Source of the DNA: Patescibacteria group bacterium
GTDB lineage: Bacteria; Patescibacteriota; Patescibacteriia; UBA2591; JAQWAS01
Length of the DNA stretch: 64,000 nt
Direction: 5' to 3'
NCBI GenBank assembly: GCA_028707495.1
Contig: JAQWAS010000003.1
Coordinates: forward strand, 47,711 to 111,710
Positions 37,985 through 47,442 of this stretch are shown in pieces. The notes under the pieces were generated by a model that worked only from the letters and a program-made list of their open reading frames with translations, did no database searches and was not told the origin of the DNA. The position numbers and the translations under genes are program-made. Position 1 is the first letter of the stretch, and each line of letters opens with the position of its first letter.

Positions 37985-40552
37985 ATGTGGTTATTACAAA
38001 CATCTGTACAAATTGATTTAACGCAAGTGCCTAGTGTAGGCCAAGATGTCTCATCGTCCTTGGTGATGTTTATTTTTTTAATAATTTTTGGAATTTTTGT
38101 TTTGTTTATAGCATGGTTAATTTTAAAAAAGATTTTAACGCGAATGTATGGCTGGTCGGCAATATTTAAAAGGGTTTATCTATTAGTAACTGTACCAAAA
38201 GATAAAGATAATAAAGAAGAGGGGCAAAAAGAAATGCAAGATATTTTAGCGGTGGCGGAGGCTTTGTATTCAACTCTGGGCGGTTTGGCGCCAGCAGTTA
38301 ATTTCCAAAGTAGAATTTTAGGACGGCAAGATCATTTTAGTTTTGAAATTGTAGCTGATCGCGAAGGTTTGATTTCATTCTATGTGGTTGTGCCAAAGTA
38401 TTTACAACAATTTTTTGAACAACAAATTCACGCTCAATATCACAATGCTCAAATTGAAGAAGTTGATGACTATAATATTTTTCATGAAAAAGGTCAGGTG
38501 GCTGGGGCTTATTTAAAATTAACCAAAAATTCTATTTTTCCTCTAAAAACTTATACTCAAACCGGAGCAGATCCCTTAAATGCTTTAACAAATGTGATGA
38601 GTAAATTTGACCCGTCAGATGGCGCAGTTATTCAAATTGTGGCTCGTTCAGCTCATAAATCCTGGCATCAATTGGGTGCTAAATTAGCTTCCAAAATTCA
38701 ACAAGGCAAAAGTTTAAAACAAGCCAAAAAAGAGGTTATGGGGAATCCAATTCTAAGAACAGTTGGTGATTTGAGTGATTATTTATGGCCACAGAAAAAA
38801 GAGGATAAAATGCAAGATCCTAAAAAAGAATATCGTTTGTCGCCCATGGAAGAAGAAACAGTTAAAGCTTTAGAAAATAAAACTAGCAAAGCCGGTTTTG
38901 ACGTGAATATTCGAGTGATTGTTTCATCTAGTACTTTAGAAAAAGCTAAGGCTGATTTGCATAATATTTTAGACTCTTTTTCTCAATATACGGGTTATGA
39001 ATATGGTAATGGTTTTAAGGCCATCAACGTTTCTGGTAAAAACCTAGATCAAATAGTGGAAGATTATATTTATCGAAATTTCAATGAAAAAAATAAAATG
39101 ATTTTAAACACCGAAGAGATGACCAGTTTATATCATTTTCCTTTGCCGACCACCGAAACACCAAACATTCGTTGGCTATTAGCTACAAAATGTCCACCAC
39201 CAGCCAATTTACCTAATGAAGGTTTGATTTTAGGTGAGAGTGTCTATCGAGGTCAAAAAAAATTAATTAAACTACAAGAAGCCGATCGGCGTCGACATTT
39301 ATACATTATCGGTATGACGGGTGTTGGTAAATCTGTTTTTATCTCTAATTTAGCTATTCAAGATATTCAAAATGGTAAAGGTGTCTGTGTGATTGATCCA
39401 CATGGTGACTTAATTGAAGATATTTTACCGCACATACCCAAAGAACGGATTGAAGATGTGATTGTTTTTAATCCATCAGATATTGAACGGCCAATAGGTT
39501 TAAATATGCTAGAGGGTAAAACTGAAGAAGAGCGTGATTTTGCTACTCAAGAAATGATAGCTATTTTTTATAAATTATTCCCGCCAGAAATGATTGGGCC
39601 AATGTTTGAACATAATATGCGCAACGTCATGTTGACTTTAATGTCAGACGAACAACAGCCTGGTACAATTGCTGAAATTCCACGCATGTTTTCGGATAAT
39701 GATTTTCAAAAACAATGGGTAGCTAAAGTTAAAGATCCAGTCGTGCGATCTTTTTGGGAAAAAGAAATGGCTAAAACCTCAGATTTTCATAAATCAGAAA
39801 TGTTGGGCTATTTAATTTCTAAAGTTGGACGGTTTGTAGAAAACGCGATGATACGAAATATTATTGGTCAAAGTCACTCAGGTTTTAATTTAAAAGATGT
39901 TATGGATCAGCAAAAGATTTTGTTGGTTAATTTATCTAAAGGTACAACCGGCGAAGTTAATAGTAATTTGTTGGGTTTAATTATTGTATCAAAATTACAA
40001 ATGGCGGCTTTGGCACGAGCTAATATATCAGAGAGTGAAAGAAAAGATTTTTATTTATATATTGATGAGTTCCAAAATTTTATTACCGATTCAATTGCCA
40101 CTATTTTAGCTGAAGCGCGTAAATACCGTTTAAATTTAACCATTGCGCATCAGTATATTGGTCAATTAGTTCAAAATCAGGACGCAAAAATTCGTGACGC
40201 TGTTTTTGGTAATGTTGGTACAATCGTCAATTTTAGAATTGGTGTTGATGATGCTGAAACTATGGCTAAGCAATTAGCGCCAGTGTGTTCAGAAAATGAT
40301 GTAATAAATTTAGAAAGATATAATGCTTACGTACGTTTATTAATTGATAATCAAGCTTCGCGAGCTTTCAATATGCATTGTTTTCCACCACCCAGTGATG
40401 GTAATGTTAAAATAGCTCAGGCGATTAAAGATTTATCACGCTTGAAATATGGTCGTGATCGCCAAACTGTTGAAAGAGAAATTTTAGAGCGTTCGCAATT
40501 GGGTGGTAGTAGCGCACAACAGGGACCGCTGGTTGCTGAGCGCACTCTGTAA
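37985..40552 (+). CDS. Type IV secretion/conjugation coupling-protein-like ATPase (VirD4/TraG/TraD family) with an N-terminal TM anchor
   Basis: Two N-terminal TM helices. Walker A HLYIIGMTGVGKSV followed by GKGVCVIDPHGDL (compare TraD ...VIVDPNGD). Walker B YLYIDEFQNF. 855 aa. Confidence 0.6.
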   Translation: MWLLQTSVQIDLTQVPSVGQDVSSSLVMFIFLIIFGIFVLFIAWLILKKILTRMYGWSAIFKRVYLLVTVPKDKDNKEEGQKEMQDILAVAEALYSTLGGLAPAVNFQSRILGRQDHFSFEIVADREGLISFYVVVPKYLQQFFEQQIHAQYHNAQIEEVDDYNIFHEKGQVAGAYLKLTKNSIFPLKTYTQTGADPLNALTNVMSKFDPSDGAVIQIVARSAHKSWHQLGAKLASKIQQGKSLKQAKKEVMGNPILRTVGDLSDYLWPQKKEDKMQDPKKEYRLSPMEEETVKALENKTSKAGFDVNIRVIVSSSTLEKAKADLHNILDSFSQYTGYEYGNGFKAINVSGKNLDQIVEDYIYRNFNEKNKMILNTEEMTSLYHFPLPTTETPNIRWLLATKCPPPANLPNEGLILGESVYRGQKKLIKLQEADRRRHLYIIGMTGVGKSVFISNLAIQDIQNGKGVCVIDPHGDLIEDILPHIPKERIEDVIVFNPSDIERPIGLNMLEGKTEEERDFATQEMIAIFYKLFPPEMIGPMFEHNMRNVMLTLMSDEQQPGTIAEIPRMFSDNDFQKQWVAKVKDPVVRSFWEKEMAKTSDFHKSEMLGYLISKVGRFVENAMIRNIIGQSHSGFNLKDVMDQQKILLVNLSKGTTGEVNSNLLGLIIVSKLQMAALARANISESERKDFYLYIDEFQNFITDSIATILAEARKYRLNLTIAHQYIGQLVQNQDAKIRDAVFGNVGTIVNFRIGVDDAETMAKQLAPVCSENDVINLERYNAYVRLLIDNQASRAFNMHCFPPPSDGNVKIAQAIKDLSRLKYGRDRQTVEREILERSQLGGSSAQQGPLVAERTL

Positions 40553-40565
40553 TTTTTAAAATAAT

Positions 40566-41489
40566 ATGTTGGTCAATTTTTTACTAACAGCTATTTTACT
40601 GTTTCAAATTTATTCGCCGACAATTTCAGTCGACAAATTAAATACCACCCTTGAGAGTGGTCATTTTTCTATTAACCAAAAAGATGTAATTTTTCCCCGC
40701 CAAAAACTAGCTAGCCAAAGCTTGGGCTTAAAATTAAACGCTTGGTCGGCTATTGTTGTCGATCAAACTACGGGTAAAATTTTATTTGAAAAAAATAGTC
40801 AAGAAAAACATTCTTTAGCTAGTATTACTAAATTGATGGCCATGGTTGTTTTTTTAGAAACTCAGCCTGATTGGTCGCAGGTTATTACTATGCAAGCCCA
40901 AGATCAGGCTGAGGGTGCGGCCGTTTTTGTAAATAATGGCGAAGAGTTGAAAGTAGAAGATTTGTTTTATAGTGCCTTAGTGGGGTCAGCCAATAATGCG
41001 GTAAAAGCTTTGGTTAGGTCAACCGGTTTAAGCTCAGATGAATTTGTTAATCGGATGAATATCAAAGCTAAACAATTAGGTTTAAATCAAACTCATTTTA
41101 GTGATCCAACTGGTTTAAATCCATCTAACCAATCTACAGCTTATGATATCGCAGTTTTAACGCGTTATGCCTTTCAACAACCCAAAATTCTCCAAGCAGT
41201 ATTGCTAGATAAATATTCTTTCAGGACAGTCGATCAAAATGTTTTACATACAATTAAAAATACCGATGAACTGATTGATAGTTTTTTAAATGATGGTCAA
41301 AATTTTAAATTAATTGGTGGCAAAACTGGTTTTTTAAATGAAGCTGGTTATTGTTTAACGACTCAAGTCCAAGACCACAGCGGACACGATTTAATAATTG
41401 TTTTGTTGGGAAATCGGTCGAGCGCAGAACGTTTTCGTGAAATGAAGGGGCTAGCTTGGTGGACCTTTGAAAATTTTGAGTGGGAATAA
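40566..41489 (+). CDS. D-alanyl-D-alanine carboxypeptidase (PBP5/6-type serine peptidase S11)
   Basis: SITK (SxxK), SANN (SxN), KTG-like GGKTG. A terminator lies at 41493-41520. Confidence 0.8.
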   Translation: MLVNFLLTAILLFQIYSPTISVDKLNTTLESGHFSINQKDVIFPRQKLASQSLGLKLNAWSAIVVDQTTGKILFEKNSQEKHSLASITKLMAMVVFLETQPDWSQVITMQAQDQAEGAAVFVNNGEELKVEDLFYSALVGSANNAVKALVRSTGLSSDEFVNRMNIKAKQLGLNQTHFSDPTGLNPSNQSTAYDIAVLTRYAFQQPKILQAVLLDKYSFRTVDQNVLHTIKNTDELIDSFLNDGQNFKLIGGKTGFLNEAGYCLTTQVQDHSGHDLIIVLLGNRSSAERFREMKGLAWWTFENFEWE

Positions 41490-41526
41490 AAAAAGACCGT
41501 ATATTTCAACGGTCTTTCGGTTGAAG

Positions 41527-41769
41527 TTATTCGTAGGGCATGATCGAACCTTTTTCTACGTACCTTTTTGTTTTTTGATAGAAAATCGTTATGACGAGAA
41601 TGGGGACACCAAGCTTACTAGTGCCCACACTTTGTAATACAGAAATGATTTTAATTATAGTATTTTCATTTTTACCCTCCTCTTCAATCCATAAGTTTAT
41701 TTTTTCTTCGACCTCTTCGGCAATAGTACCTATTGCTCCAGTTCCTGTAAATATTTTTAACATTTTCAC
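41527..41769 (-). CDS. Small hypothetical protein of 80 aa
   Basis: Track ORF. No confident family. Confidence 0.3.
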   Translation of the reverse strand: MKMLKIFTGTGAIGTIAEEVEEKINLWIEEEGKNENTIIKIISVLQSVGTSKLGVPILVITIFYQKTKRYVEKGSIMPYE

Positions 41770-41930
41770 CTCCTTTCTCGCCTCATTTCTTTTTTGTTAT
41801 TAAGTTACTACTTACATTTTAATATAAATTTTATTTCTTGTCAAGAGCTAGTGGTTCATATTATAAAATAAATACTAGTTTTAAAAATTAATTTTTTGAC
41901 TTTTGGACCTTAAATTTATATAATGTATCT

Positions 41931-42404
41931 ATGTCAGAATTAATTAAAGTTTTATTAACTGCCATGGCGCCAATTAGCGAATTGCGAGGAGCAATTCCTT
42001 TGGCGGTCGGAGCCTATCACTGGCCGATCTGGCAGTCTTATTTTGTAGCAGTTATTGGTAATATTATACCCGTTATTTTTATTTTATGGTTATTGGAGCC
42101 AGTTTCAAAATTTTTGTGTCAACACTCTAAACTGATGGCACGTTTCTTTAAGTGGTTATTTGAAAGAACTCGTTTAAAACATACTCAGAAATTTGAACGC
42201 TGGGGAGCTGTGGCTTTAATTAGTTTTGTCGCCATTCCTTTGCCAATTACTGGAGCTTGGACAGGTTCGGTCGCGGCTTTTGTTTTCGGTATTCCGTACA
42301 AAAAAAGTTTAGTTTTAATTACTAGTGGCGTTTTAATCGCTGGAATTATAGTTAGTTTGATTACTACTGGCACAATTTCATTTTTAAATTTTTTAATTAA
42401 ATAA
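41931..42404 (+). CDS. Small membrane protein, COG2426 / small multidrug export protein family-like
   Basis: ISELRGAIPLAVG motif near the N-terminus and 4 TM helices. A strong promoter TTGACT-N17-TATAAT lies at about 41896-41925. Confidence 0.45.
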   Translation: MSELIKVLLTAMAPISELRGAIPLAVGAYHWPIWQSYFVAVIGNIIPVIFILWLLEPVSKFLCQHSKLMARFFKWLFERTRLKHTQKFERWGAVALISFVAIPLPITGAWTGSVAAFVFGIPYKKSLVLITSGVLIAGIIVSLITTGTISFLNFLIK

Positions 42405-42415
42405 AGACTAAAATT

Positions 42416-43192
42416 ATGCAAGAAAAATTTTTAATTGGTAACTGGAAAACCAAACTTAATCTAAAAGAAAGCTTAGATTTTACTAAAAAAATCAGTAAAG
42501 AATTAAAACATTTTAAAAACAATCAAGCAGAATTAATCATTTGCCCACCATTTGTGGTTTTGGATGAAATTAAAGAAATAATTCACAAAACACCCATGAA
42601 GTTAGGCGCACAAAATGTTTTTTGGGCTAACAAGGGTAGCTACACCGGAGAAATCACTCCAGAAATGTTAGAAGAAACCGGTTGCGAATATGTAATAATT
42701 GGTCATTCTGAAAGACGAGCAAATGTTTTAGAAAGCAACGAAATGGTTAATTCCAAAGTTAAAATTGCTTGTCAGATGGAAAATTTAACTCCGATCATTT
42801 GCATTGGTGAAACTTTTGAAGAAAGACGCGAAGGTCGTAAAGATTTAGTGATTATTGAACAACTAGAAAAAGCCATTAAAGATGTTTCAGTTATTAGTAA
42901 TCAAAATATTATCATTGGTTATGAACCGATTTGGGTAATTGGTTCTGGCCAAACAGTTGACCCAGAAGAGGCTGAATATACGCATAAAGTTATTCGACAA
43001 AAATTAATAGATACTTATCCAATGGAAATTGTAGAAAATAATTTTAGAATAATTTATGGCGGGAGTATTGATAGTAGTACAATTAAAGCCTTTATTGATC
43101 AACCAACGATTGATGGTGTTTTGGTTGGGGGAGCGAGCGTCAAAGAAGATGAATGGTTAAAAATGGTTAAAATTATTTGTCAAAATAAATAA
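42416..43192 (+). CDS. tpiA: Triosephosphate isomerase
   Basis: LIGNWK, IIGHSERR, YEPIWVIGSG, GGS. Confidence 0.9.
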   Translation: MQEKFLIGNWKTKLNLKESLDFTKKISKELKHFKNNQAELIICPPFVVLDEIKEIIHKTPMKLGAQNVFWANKGSYTGEITPEMLEETGCEYVIIGHSERRANVLESNEMVNSKVKIACQMENLTPIICIGETFEERREGRKDLVIIEQLEKAIKDVSVISNQNIIIGYEPIWVIGSGQTVDPEEAEYTHKVIRQKLIDTYPMEIVENNFRIIYGGSIDSSTIKAFIDQPTIDGVLVGGASVKEDEWLKMVKIICQNK

Positions 43193-43201
43193 AAATATAT
43201 T

Positions 43202-44053
43202 ATGTTAACTCACATTAAAAACATTGTTTCGGTTAAAAATAAATATGCTATTGGAGCTTTTAATACTTATAATTTAGAATTTACTAAAGCTATTGTGACG
43301 GCAGCAGTTAAAGAAAATTTTTCTTTAATTATTCAGACTTCAGAAAATGTTTTGCGTTATACTGGTGTGCCAGAATTAACTAATTTAATTCAGACAGTTG
43401 TTCAATCTAATAGTCAAAAAGTGCCCATAGCTTTTCATTTAGATCATGGTAAGGATATAAACTTAATTAAACAAGCTATTCAAGCGGGTTTTACTTCGGT
43501 GATGTTTGACGGTTCTTTATTGTCTTATAATGAAAATGTTAAGAAAACCAAACGATTGGTTCAATTTGCTCATGCGCGTGGGGTCTGGGTACAAGGTGAA
43601 TTGGGCGAAGTGATTGTTGGGCGTTTAGGTATAGTTAGCCAAGAAAAAAGATATCAAGGTATGACTGATCCCGATCAAGCACAAGATTTTGTTGAACAAA
43701 CTGGCGTAGATACTTTAGCCGTGGCTATTGGTAATGTGCACGGAACTTACAAACTTTATCACAAAGTTCCTAAGTTGGATATCCAGCGTTTAAAAGAAAT
43801 TAAAAATAAAATTAAAATCCCATTAGTTTTACATGGTGGTTCTGGTATTAGCAACAAAGATATCAAAGCTGCTATTCAAAACGGTATCCGCATCATTAAT
43901 ATTAATTCAGAATTAAAAATAGCATTTACCAATGGCTTGCGTCGGGCTTTGCGTAGTAACTTAAAAGAAACTGATCCGCGTAAATATTTTATTTTAAGCG
44001 CCAAAGAGGTTGAGCGAGTAGTTAGTAAAAAAATTCAATTATTTAAAAAATAA
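43202..44053 (+). CDS. fba: Class II fructose-bisphosphate aldolase
   Basis: AIGAFN, HLDHG, EGELG, HGGSG. Confidence 0.85.
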   Translation: MLTHIKNIVSVKNKYAIGAFNTYNLEFTKAIVTAAVKENFSLIIQTSENVLRYTGVPELTNLIQTVVQSNSQKVPIAFHLDHGKDINLIKQAIQAGFTSVMFDGSLLSYNENVKKTKRLVQFAHARGVWVQGELGEVIVGRLGIVSQEKRYQGMTDPDQAQDFVEQTGVDTLAVAIGNVHGTYKLYHKVPKLDIQRLKEIKNKIKIPLVLHGGSGISNKDIKAAIQNGIRIININSELKIAFTNGLRRALRSNLKETDPRKYFILSAKEVERVVSKKIQLFKK

Positions 44054-44058
44054 AAGTT

Positions 44059-44907
44059 ATGATTTACGATGTTTTGCCGATAGCTGTTATAGTTTTCTGT
44101 CTCATAATTATTTTTTTTATTTGTTTTAAGAAATTTTCACGTTTAGCTAATGTGAATTTAGATAAAATTCCGACGGAAAAATATCAACGTGTTAAGCAAG
44201 AAATTTTACAGAAAAAACTTAAACGTTCTTTGGAAGAATGGGGGATTAAAGTTAAAGATAATTTAAAGATAAATAATTCTTTTTTGAATCAAAAAATGGG
44301 CTTATTGAATGAAAAAATAACTAATTTAGAAAAAAAATATCGTCATAGTCAGAAGAATTTTTTAAAAAAGAGTCCAAAATTACTTAAATATAAAGTTGAT
44401 AAATTAATTTTAGCTGGTAAAAAATTAATTGAGCAAGAAAAATTAAATGAAGCTGAAAAGTGTTTTATTGAAATTATTTCTTTAGACAATAACAATTTAA
44501 ATGCTTATCGTTATCTAGGTGAAATTTATTTAAAGCAAAAAGATTTGTCGCACGCCAAGCAGACATTTGATTATATTTTAGATTTGAACTTGAAAGAGTT
44601 TAAAAAAGCATTAAATGATAAAAAAGATGACACAATTAGTGCAATTAAAAATGAATTAGCTAAAATTTATTTTGACTTGGGCGAAATGTATAATTTAAAA
44701 GAAAAATTCGATTTGGCTAGAAAAAACTTGGAAAAATCTTTAGAGTTTTCTCCCAAAAACCCAAAATACCTTGACTTTTTATGTAATTTGTATATAATTT
44801 TAAAAGATAAAGAACAGGCACAAAAAATATTAGCTCGCTTAAAAGATGTCAATCCCGATAATCAAAAAATAGTGGATTTACAAGATCAAGTTAATAAATT
44901 AAAATAA
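44059..44907 (+). CDS. TPR-repeat protein with an N-terminal TM helix
   Basis: Repeated A..YLGEIY..L.A...F motifs. Confidence 0.6.
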   Translation: MIYDVLPIAVIVFCLIIIFFICFKKFSRLANVNLDKIPTEKYQRVKQEILQKKLKRSLEEWGIKVKDNLKINNSFLNQKMGLLNEKITNLEKKYRHSQKNFLKKSPKLLKYKVDKLILAGKKLIEQEKLNEAEKCFIEIISLDNNNLNAYRYLGEIYLKQKDLSHAKQTFDYILDLNLKEFKKALNDKKDDTISAIKNELAKIYFDLGEMYNLKEKFDLARKNLEKSLEFSPKNPKYLDFLCNLYIILKDKEQAQKILARLKDVNPDNQKIVDLQDQVNKLK

Positions 44908-44913
44908 AATTAT

Positions 44914-44989
44914 GCCCACTTAGCTCAGCTGGTAGAGCAACTCCATGGTAAGGAGTAGGTCCGCGGTTCAAGTCCGCGAGTGGGCTCCA
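44914..44989 (+). tRNA. tRNA-Thr (GGU)
   Basis: Hand-folded cloverleaf. Anticodon loop ATGGTAA. CCA encoded. Confidence 0.85.
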
Positions 44990-45022
44990 TATTTTTTTGT
45001 TAATTAATAATTATTTTAATTG

Positions 45023-45108
45023 GGGCAGGTACCAAAGCGGTCAACTGGGTCAGACTGTAAATCTGATGGCTTTCGCCTTCGTAGGTCCGAATCCTACCCT
45101 GCCCACCA
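45023..45108 (+). tRNA. tRNA-Tyr (GUA), class II with a long variable arm
   Basis: Anticodon loop CTGTAAA. A long variable arm. CCA encoded. Confidence 0.85.
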
Positions 45109-45194
45109 AATTAACCGATAATTAACAACTGACAACTCATAATTCAAGTTTAAAACAAGTTGTAAGTTAATAGTTATAGGTTATAAGTTATTGT

Positions 45195-45271
45195 GGGCCC
45201 ATAGCTCAGTTGGCTAGAGCACTTGCATGGCATGCAAGGGGTCGGGAGTTCGAGTCTCCCTGGGTCCACCA
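45195..45271 (+). tRNA. tRNA-Ala (GGC) with a G3:U70 pair
   Basis: Acceptor GGGCCCA/TGGGTCC. Anticodon loop ATGGCAT. Confidence 0.85.
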
Positions 45272-45318
45272 AGATAACTAACGATTTACAACTTAAGCTG
45301 TGGGTTAAAAGTTCTTTG

Positions 45319-45395
45319 GGGCATATAGCTCAGTTGGTTAGAGCGTCACGTTGACATCGTGAAGGTCCGTGGTTCGAGTCCACGTATGCCCACCA
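45319..45395 (+). tRNA. tRNA-Val (GAC)
   Basis: Anticodon loop TTGACAT. Confidence 0.85.
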
Positions 45396-45396
45396 T

Positions 45397-45472
45397 GCCA
45401 CCCTAGCTCAGCTGGTAGAGCAACTGTTTTGTAAACAGTAGGTCGTCGGTTCGAGTCCGACGGGTGGCTCCA
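45397..45472 (+). tRNA. tRNA-Thr (UGU)
   Basis: Anticodon loop TTTGTAA. It lies 1 nt after tRNA-Val. Confidence 0.85.
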
Positions 45473-45476
45473 AGAA

Positions 45477-45517
45477 AACAGTAGGTCGCCCGCCAAATCG
45501 GCGGACGGGTGGCCCCA
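45477..45517 (+). pseudogene. Degenerate duplicate of the 3' half of tRNA-Thr(UGU) (AACAGTAGGTCG...GACGGGTGGCCCCA)
   Basis: It aligns to positions 38-76 of the adjacent tRNA but has a disrupted T-arm. Confidence 0.5.
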
Positions 45518-45605
45518 GAATAACTAATAACTAACAACTAATAATTAATAATCAATATTTAATATTTAATATTTAATATTTAACATTTAACATTTAATAA
45601 AACAT

Positions 45606-45761
45606 ATGTCACAAGAAAGTTTGATAAAATTGGAGTGTACTGAATGTCATCGAATTAATTATTTTTCTCATAAAAATAAGAAAAAAATTAAAGATCGTTT
45701 GGAACTAAATAAATTTTGTACGCATTGTAAAAAACATACTCTACACAAAGAAACTAAGTAG
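45606..45761 (+). CDS. rpmG: 50S ribosomal protein L33
   Basis: [51 protein letters not shown], with the classic C4 zinc ribbon. It is not in the ORF track. Confidence 0.85.
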   Translation: MSQESLIKLECTECHRINYFSHKNKKKIKDRLELNKFCTHCKKHTLHKETK

Positions 45762-45781
45762 TACGCTTAGTTTCTTTTTGT

Positions 45782-45817
45782 GCGGGTGTCGTATAGTGGT
45801 AGTACAGGGGTCTCCAA
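45782..45817 (+). pseudogene. Displaced 5' half of tRNA-Trp (positions 1-36, ending in the anticodon loop). The palindrome CCCGCCTTTCGCGAAAGGCGGG at 45819-45840 follows it.
   Basis: Identical to the first 36 nt of the intact tRNA-Trp at 46140. Confidence 0.7.
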
Positions 45818-45877
45818 TCCCGCCTTTCGCGAAAGGCGGGACGATTCTCAGCTTAATATTTTAAACAAAATGTTTAT

Positions 45878-46126
45878 ATGTATTCTGTTTATTTATTAAG
45901 AAGTTTAAAAGATAAAAATTTGTATATAGGTTCTACTTTTGATTTAAAATCTAGATATACTCAACATTTAGAAGGTAAGGTGATATCAACCAAAAATAGA
46001 AGACCATTAGAATTAATTTATTATGAAGCTTATAATGATAAATTATTAGCACAAGAAAGAGAACGAAAATTAAAACAATTTGGCTCATCTTATCGGGGAT
46101 TAATTAAAAGATTAAATATAAAATAA
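45878..46126 (+). CDS. Small GIY-YIG nuclease family protein (YhbQ/UPF0213-like)
   Basis: YSVYLLRSLKDKNLYIGSTFDLKSRYTQHLEGK...ELIYYEAYNDKLLAQERERKLK. Confidence 0.8.
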   Translation: MYSVYLLRSLKDKNLYIGSTFDLKSRYTQHLEGKVISTKNRRPLELIYYEAYNDKLLAQERERKLKQFGSSYRGLIKRLNIK

Positions 46127-46139
46127 TTAGTTAATATTT

Positions 46140-46213
46140 GCGGGTGTCGTATAGTGGTAGTACAGGGGTCTCCAAAACCTCTAGCGGGGGTTCGATTCCC
46201 TCCACCCGTGCCA
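46140..46213 (+). tRNA. tRNA-Trp (CCA)
   Basis: Acceptor GCGGGTG/CACCCGT. Anticodon loop CTCCAAA. T-loop TTCGATT. CCA encoded. Confidence 0.85.
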
Positions 46214-46237
46214 TAATTATTTAAGGGTTCTCACTCA

Positions 46238-46280
46238 GCGGGTGACCAGCCTCTAGCTGGGATTCCCTCCACCCGTGCCA
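46238..46280 (+). pseudogene. Degenerate, internally deleted tRNA-Trp copy (GCGGGTGAC..CCTCTAGCTGGGATTCCCTCCACCCGTGCCA)
   Basis: It matches the 3' part of tRNA-Trp but has a damaged T-arm. Confidence 0.5.
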
Positions 46281-46309
46281 TTGTGTAATGAGAATAAATT
46301 TTAAATTTT

Positions 46310-47332
46310 ATGTTGAACTTAGACAATAAAAATAAAAAATTAATTTGGATTATTTTAGCGGTGGCGTTTTTGCCGATGTTTTTACAAAATAAATTTTTGC
46401 TTGGGCTGTTAATTGCTATTATAATTATTTATTTAATATTTAAAAAATTAAAAAACAAATCTATGGATAATCAACCCATTAATATAAGCAATTTTAAGGG
46501 TTTTAAAAATGCTAAGAAAATTTTATGGATAACCGTGCTGGTTGTTTTTGTTTTATGGTTGTTTTTGGCTTCAATTCAAATTGTCGATGCGGGCGAGACG
46601 GGAGTTTATTCTTTGTTTGGCAAGGTCAGCGACAATGAAAGATCATCAGGTTTCCATTTAATTATCCCCTTGGCTAAATTAACAAAAATGGGTATTCGGA
46701 CGGAAGAATATACGATGAGTATTATAAGTAACGAAGGTAAAAAAACTGGGGCAGACGCCATTACGGCTTTAACCAAAGAGGGTTTAAGCGTTGATTTAGA
46801 TATTACAGTTTTGTATCGTCTTAATGAAAATCAAGCTTCAGATGTTTATAAAAACGTAGGTTTAAATTACGAGGAAAAAATTATTCGACCAGCTATTCGC
46901 AGCACCATTCGTGAAGTTATAGCACAATACGAAGCTAAAGATATTTATTCAGAAAAAAGAGCTGAGGCAACGCAAGGCATTAAAATTAGTTTAGAGACTC
47001 AAATTAATCCATGTGGGATTATTATCGAAGAGGTCTTATTAAGAAATGTGGTTTTGCCAGCTAATTTAGCCAATTCAATTCAGGAAAAGCTTCAAGCAGA
47101 GCAGGAAGCTCAAAAATACGATTTCTTATTGCAAACAGAGAAAAAGGAAAAAGAACGTAAGATTATTGAAGCTGAAGGGCAGAGAGACTCTCAGGCAATT
47201 ATTAATCAAAGTTTAACCACTAATTATTTATATTATCAATATATTAAAGAGCTAGAAAATCGCGAAGGTACAATTTATGTGCCAACTAATCCAAGCACGG
47301 GCATGCCAATGTTTAGGGATGTTGGATACTAA
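46310..47332 (+). CDS. SPFH/Band-7 (prohibitin/HflK-like) membrane protein. The start is uncertain.
   Basis: Two N-terminal TM helices, then an SPFH core (VDAGETGVYSLFGKV...) and a coiled-coil tail. Confidence 0.7.
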   Translation: MLNLDNKNKKLIWIILAVAFLPMFLQNKFLLGLLIAIIIIYLIFKKLKNKSMDNQPINISNFKGFKNAKKILWITVLVVFVLWLFLASIQIVDAGETGVYSLFGKVSDNERSSGFHLIIPLAKLTKMGIRTEEYTMSIISNEGKKTGADAITALTKEGLSVDLDITVLYRLNENQASDVYKNVGLNYEEKIIRPAIRSTIREVIAQYEAKDIYSEKRAEATQGIKISLETQINPCGIIIEEVLLRNVVLPANLANSIQEKLQAEQEAQKYDFLLQTEKKEKERKIIEAEGQRDSQAIINQSLTTNYLYYQYIKELENREGTIYVPTNPSTGMPMFRDVGY

Positions 47333-47442
47333 AAAAAATTAAAATTTTAAATATCAAAAACTCCTCGTGTTGTGCGGGGAGTTTTTTGTAAAGGTGTCAT
47401 TGCGACTAGCCGATTTAGTAAGGAAGCAATTCTGTAAATTTG

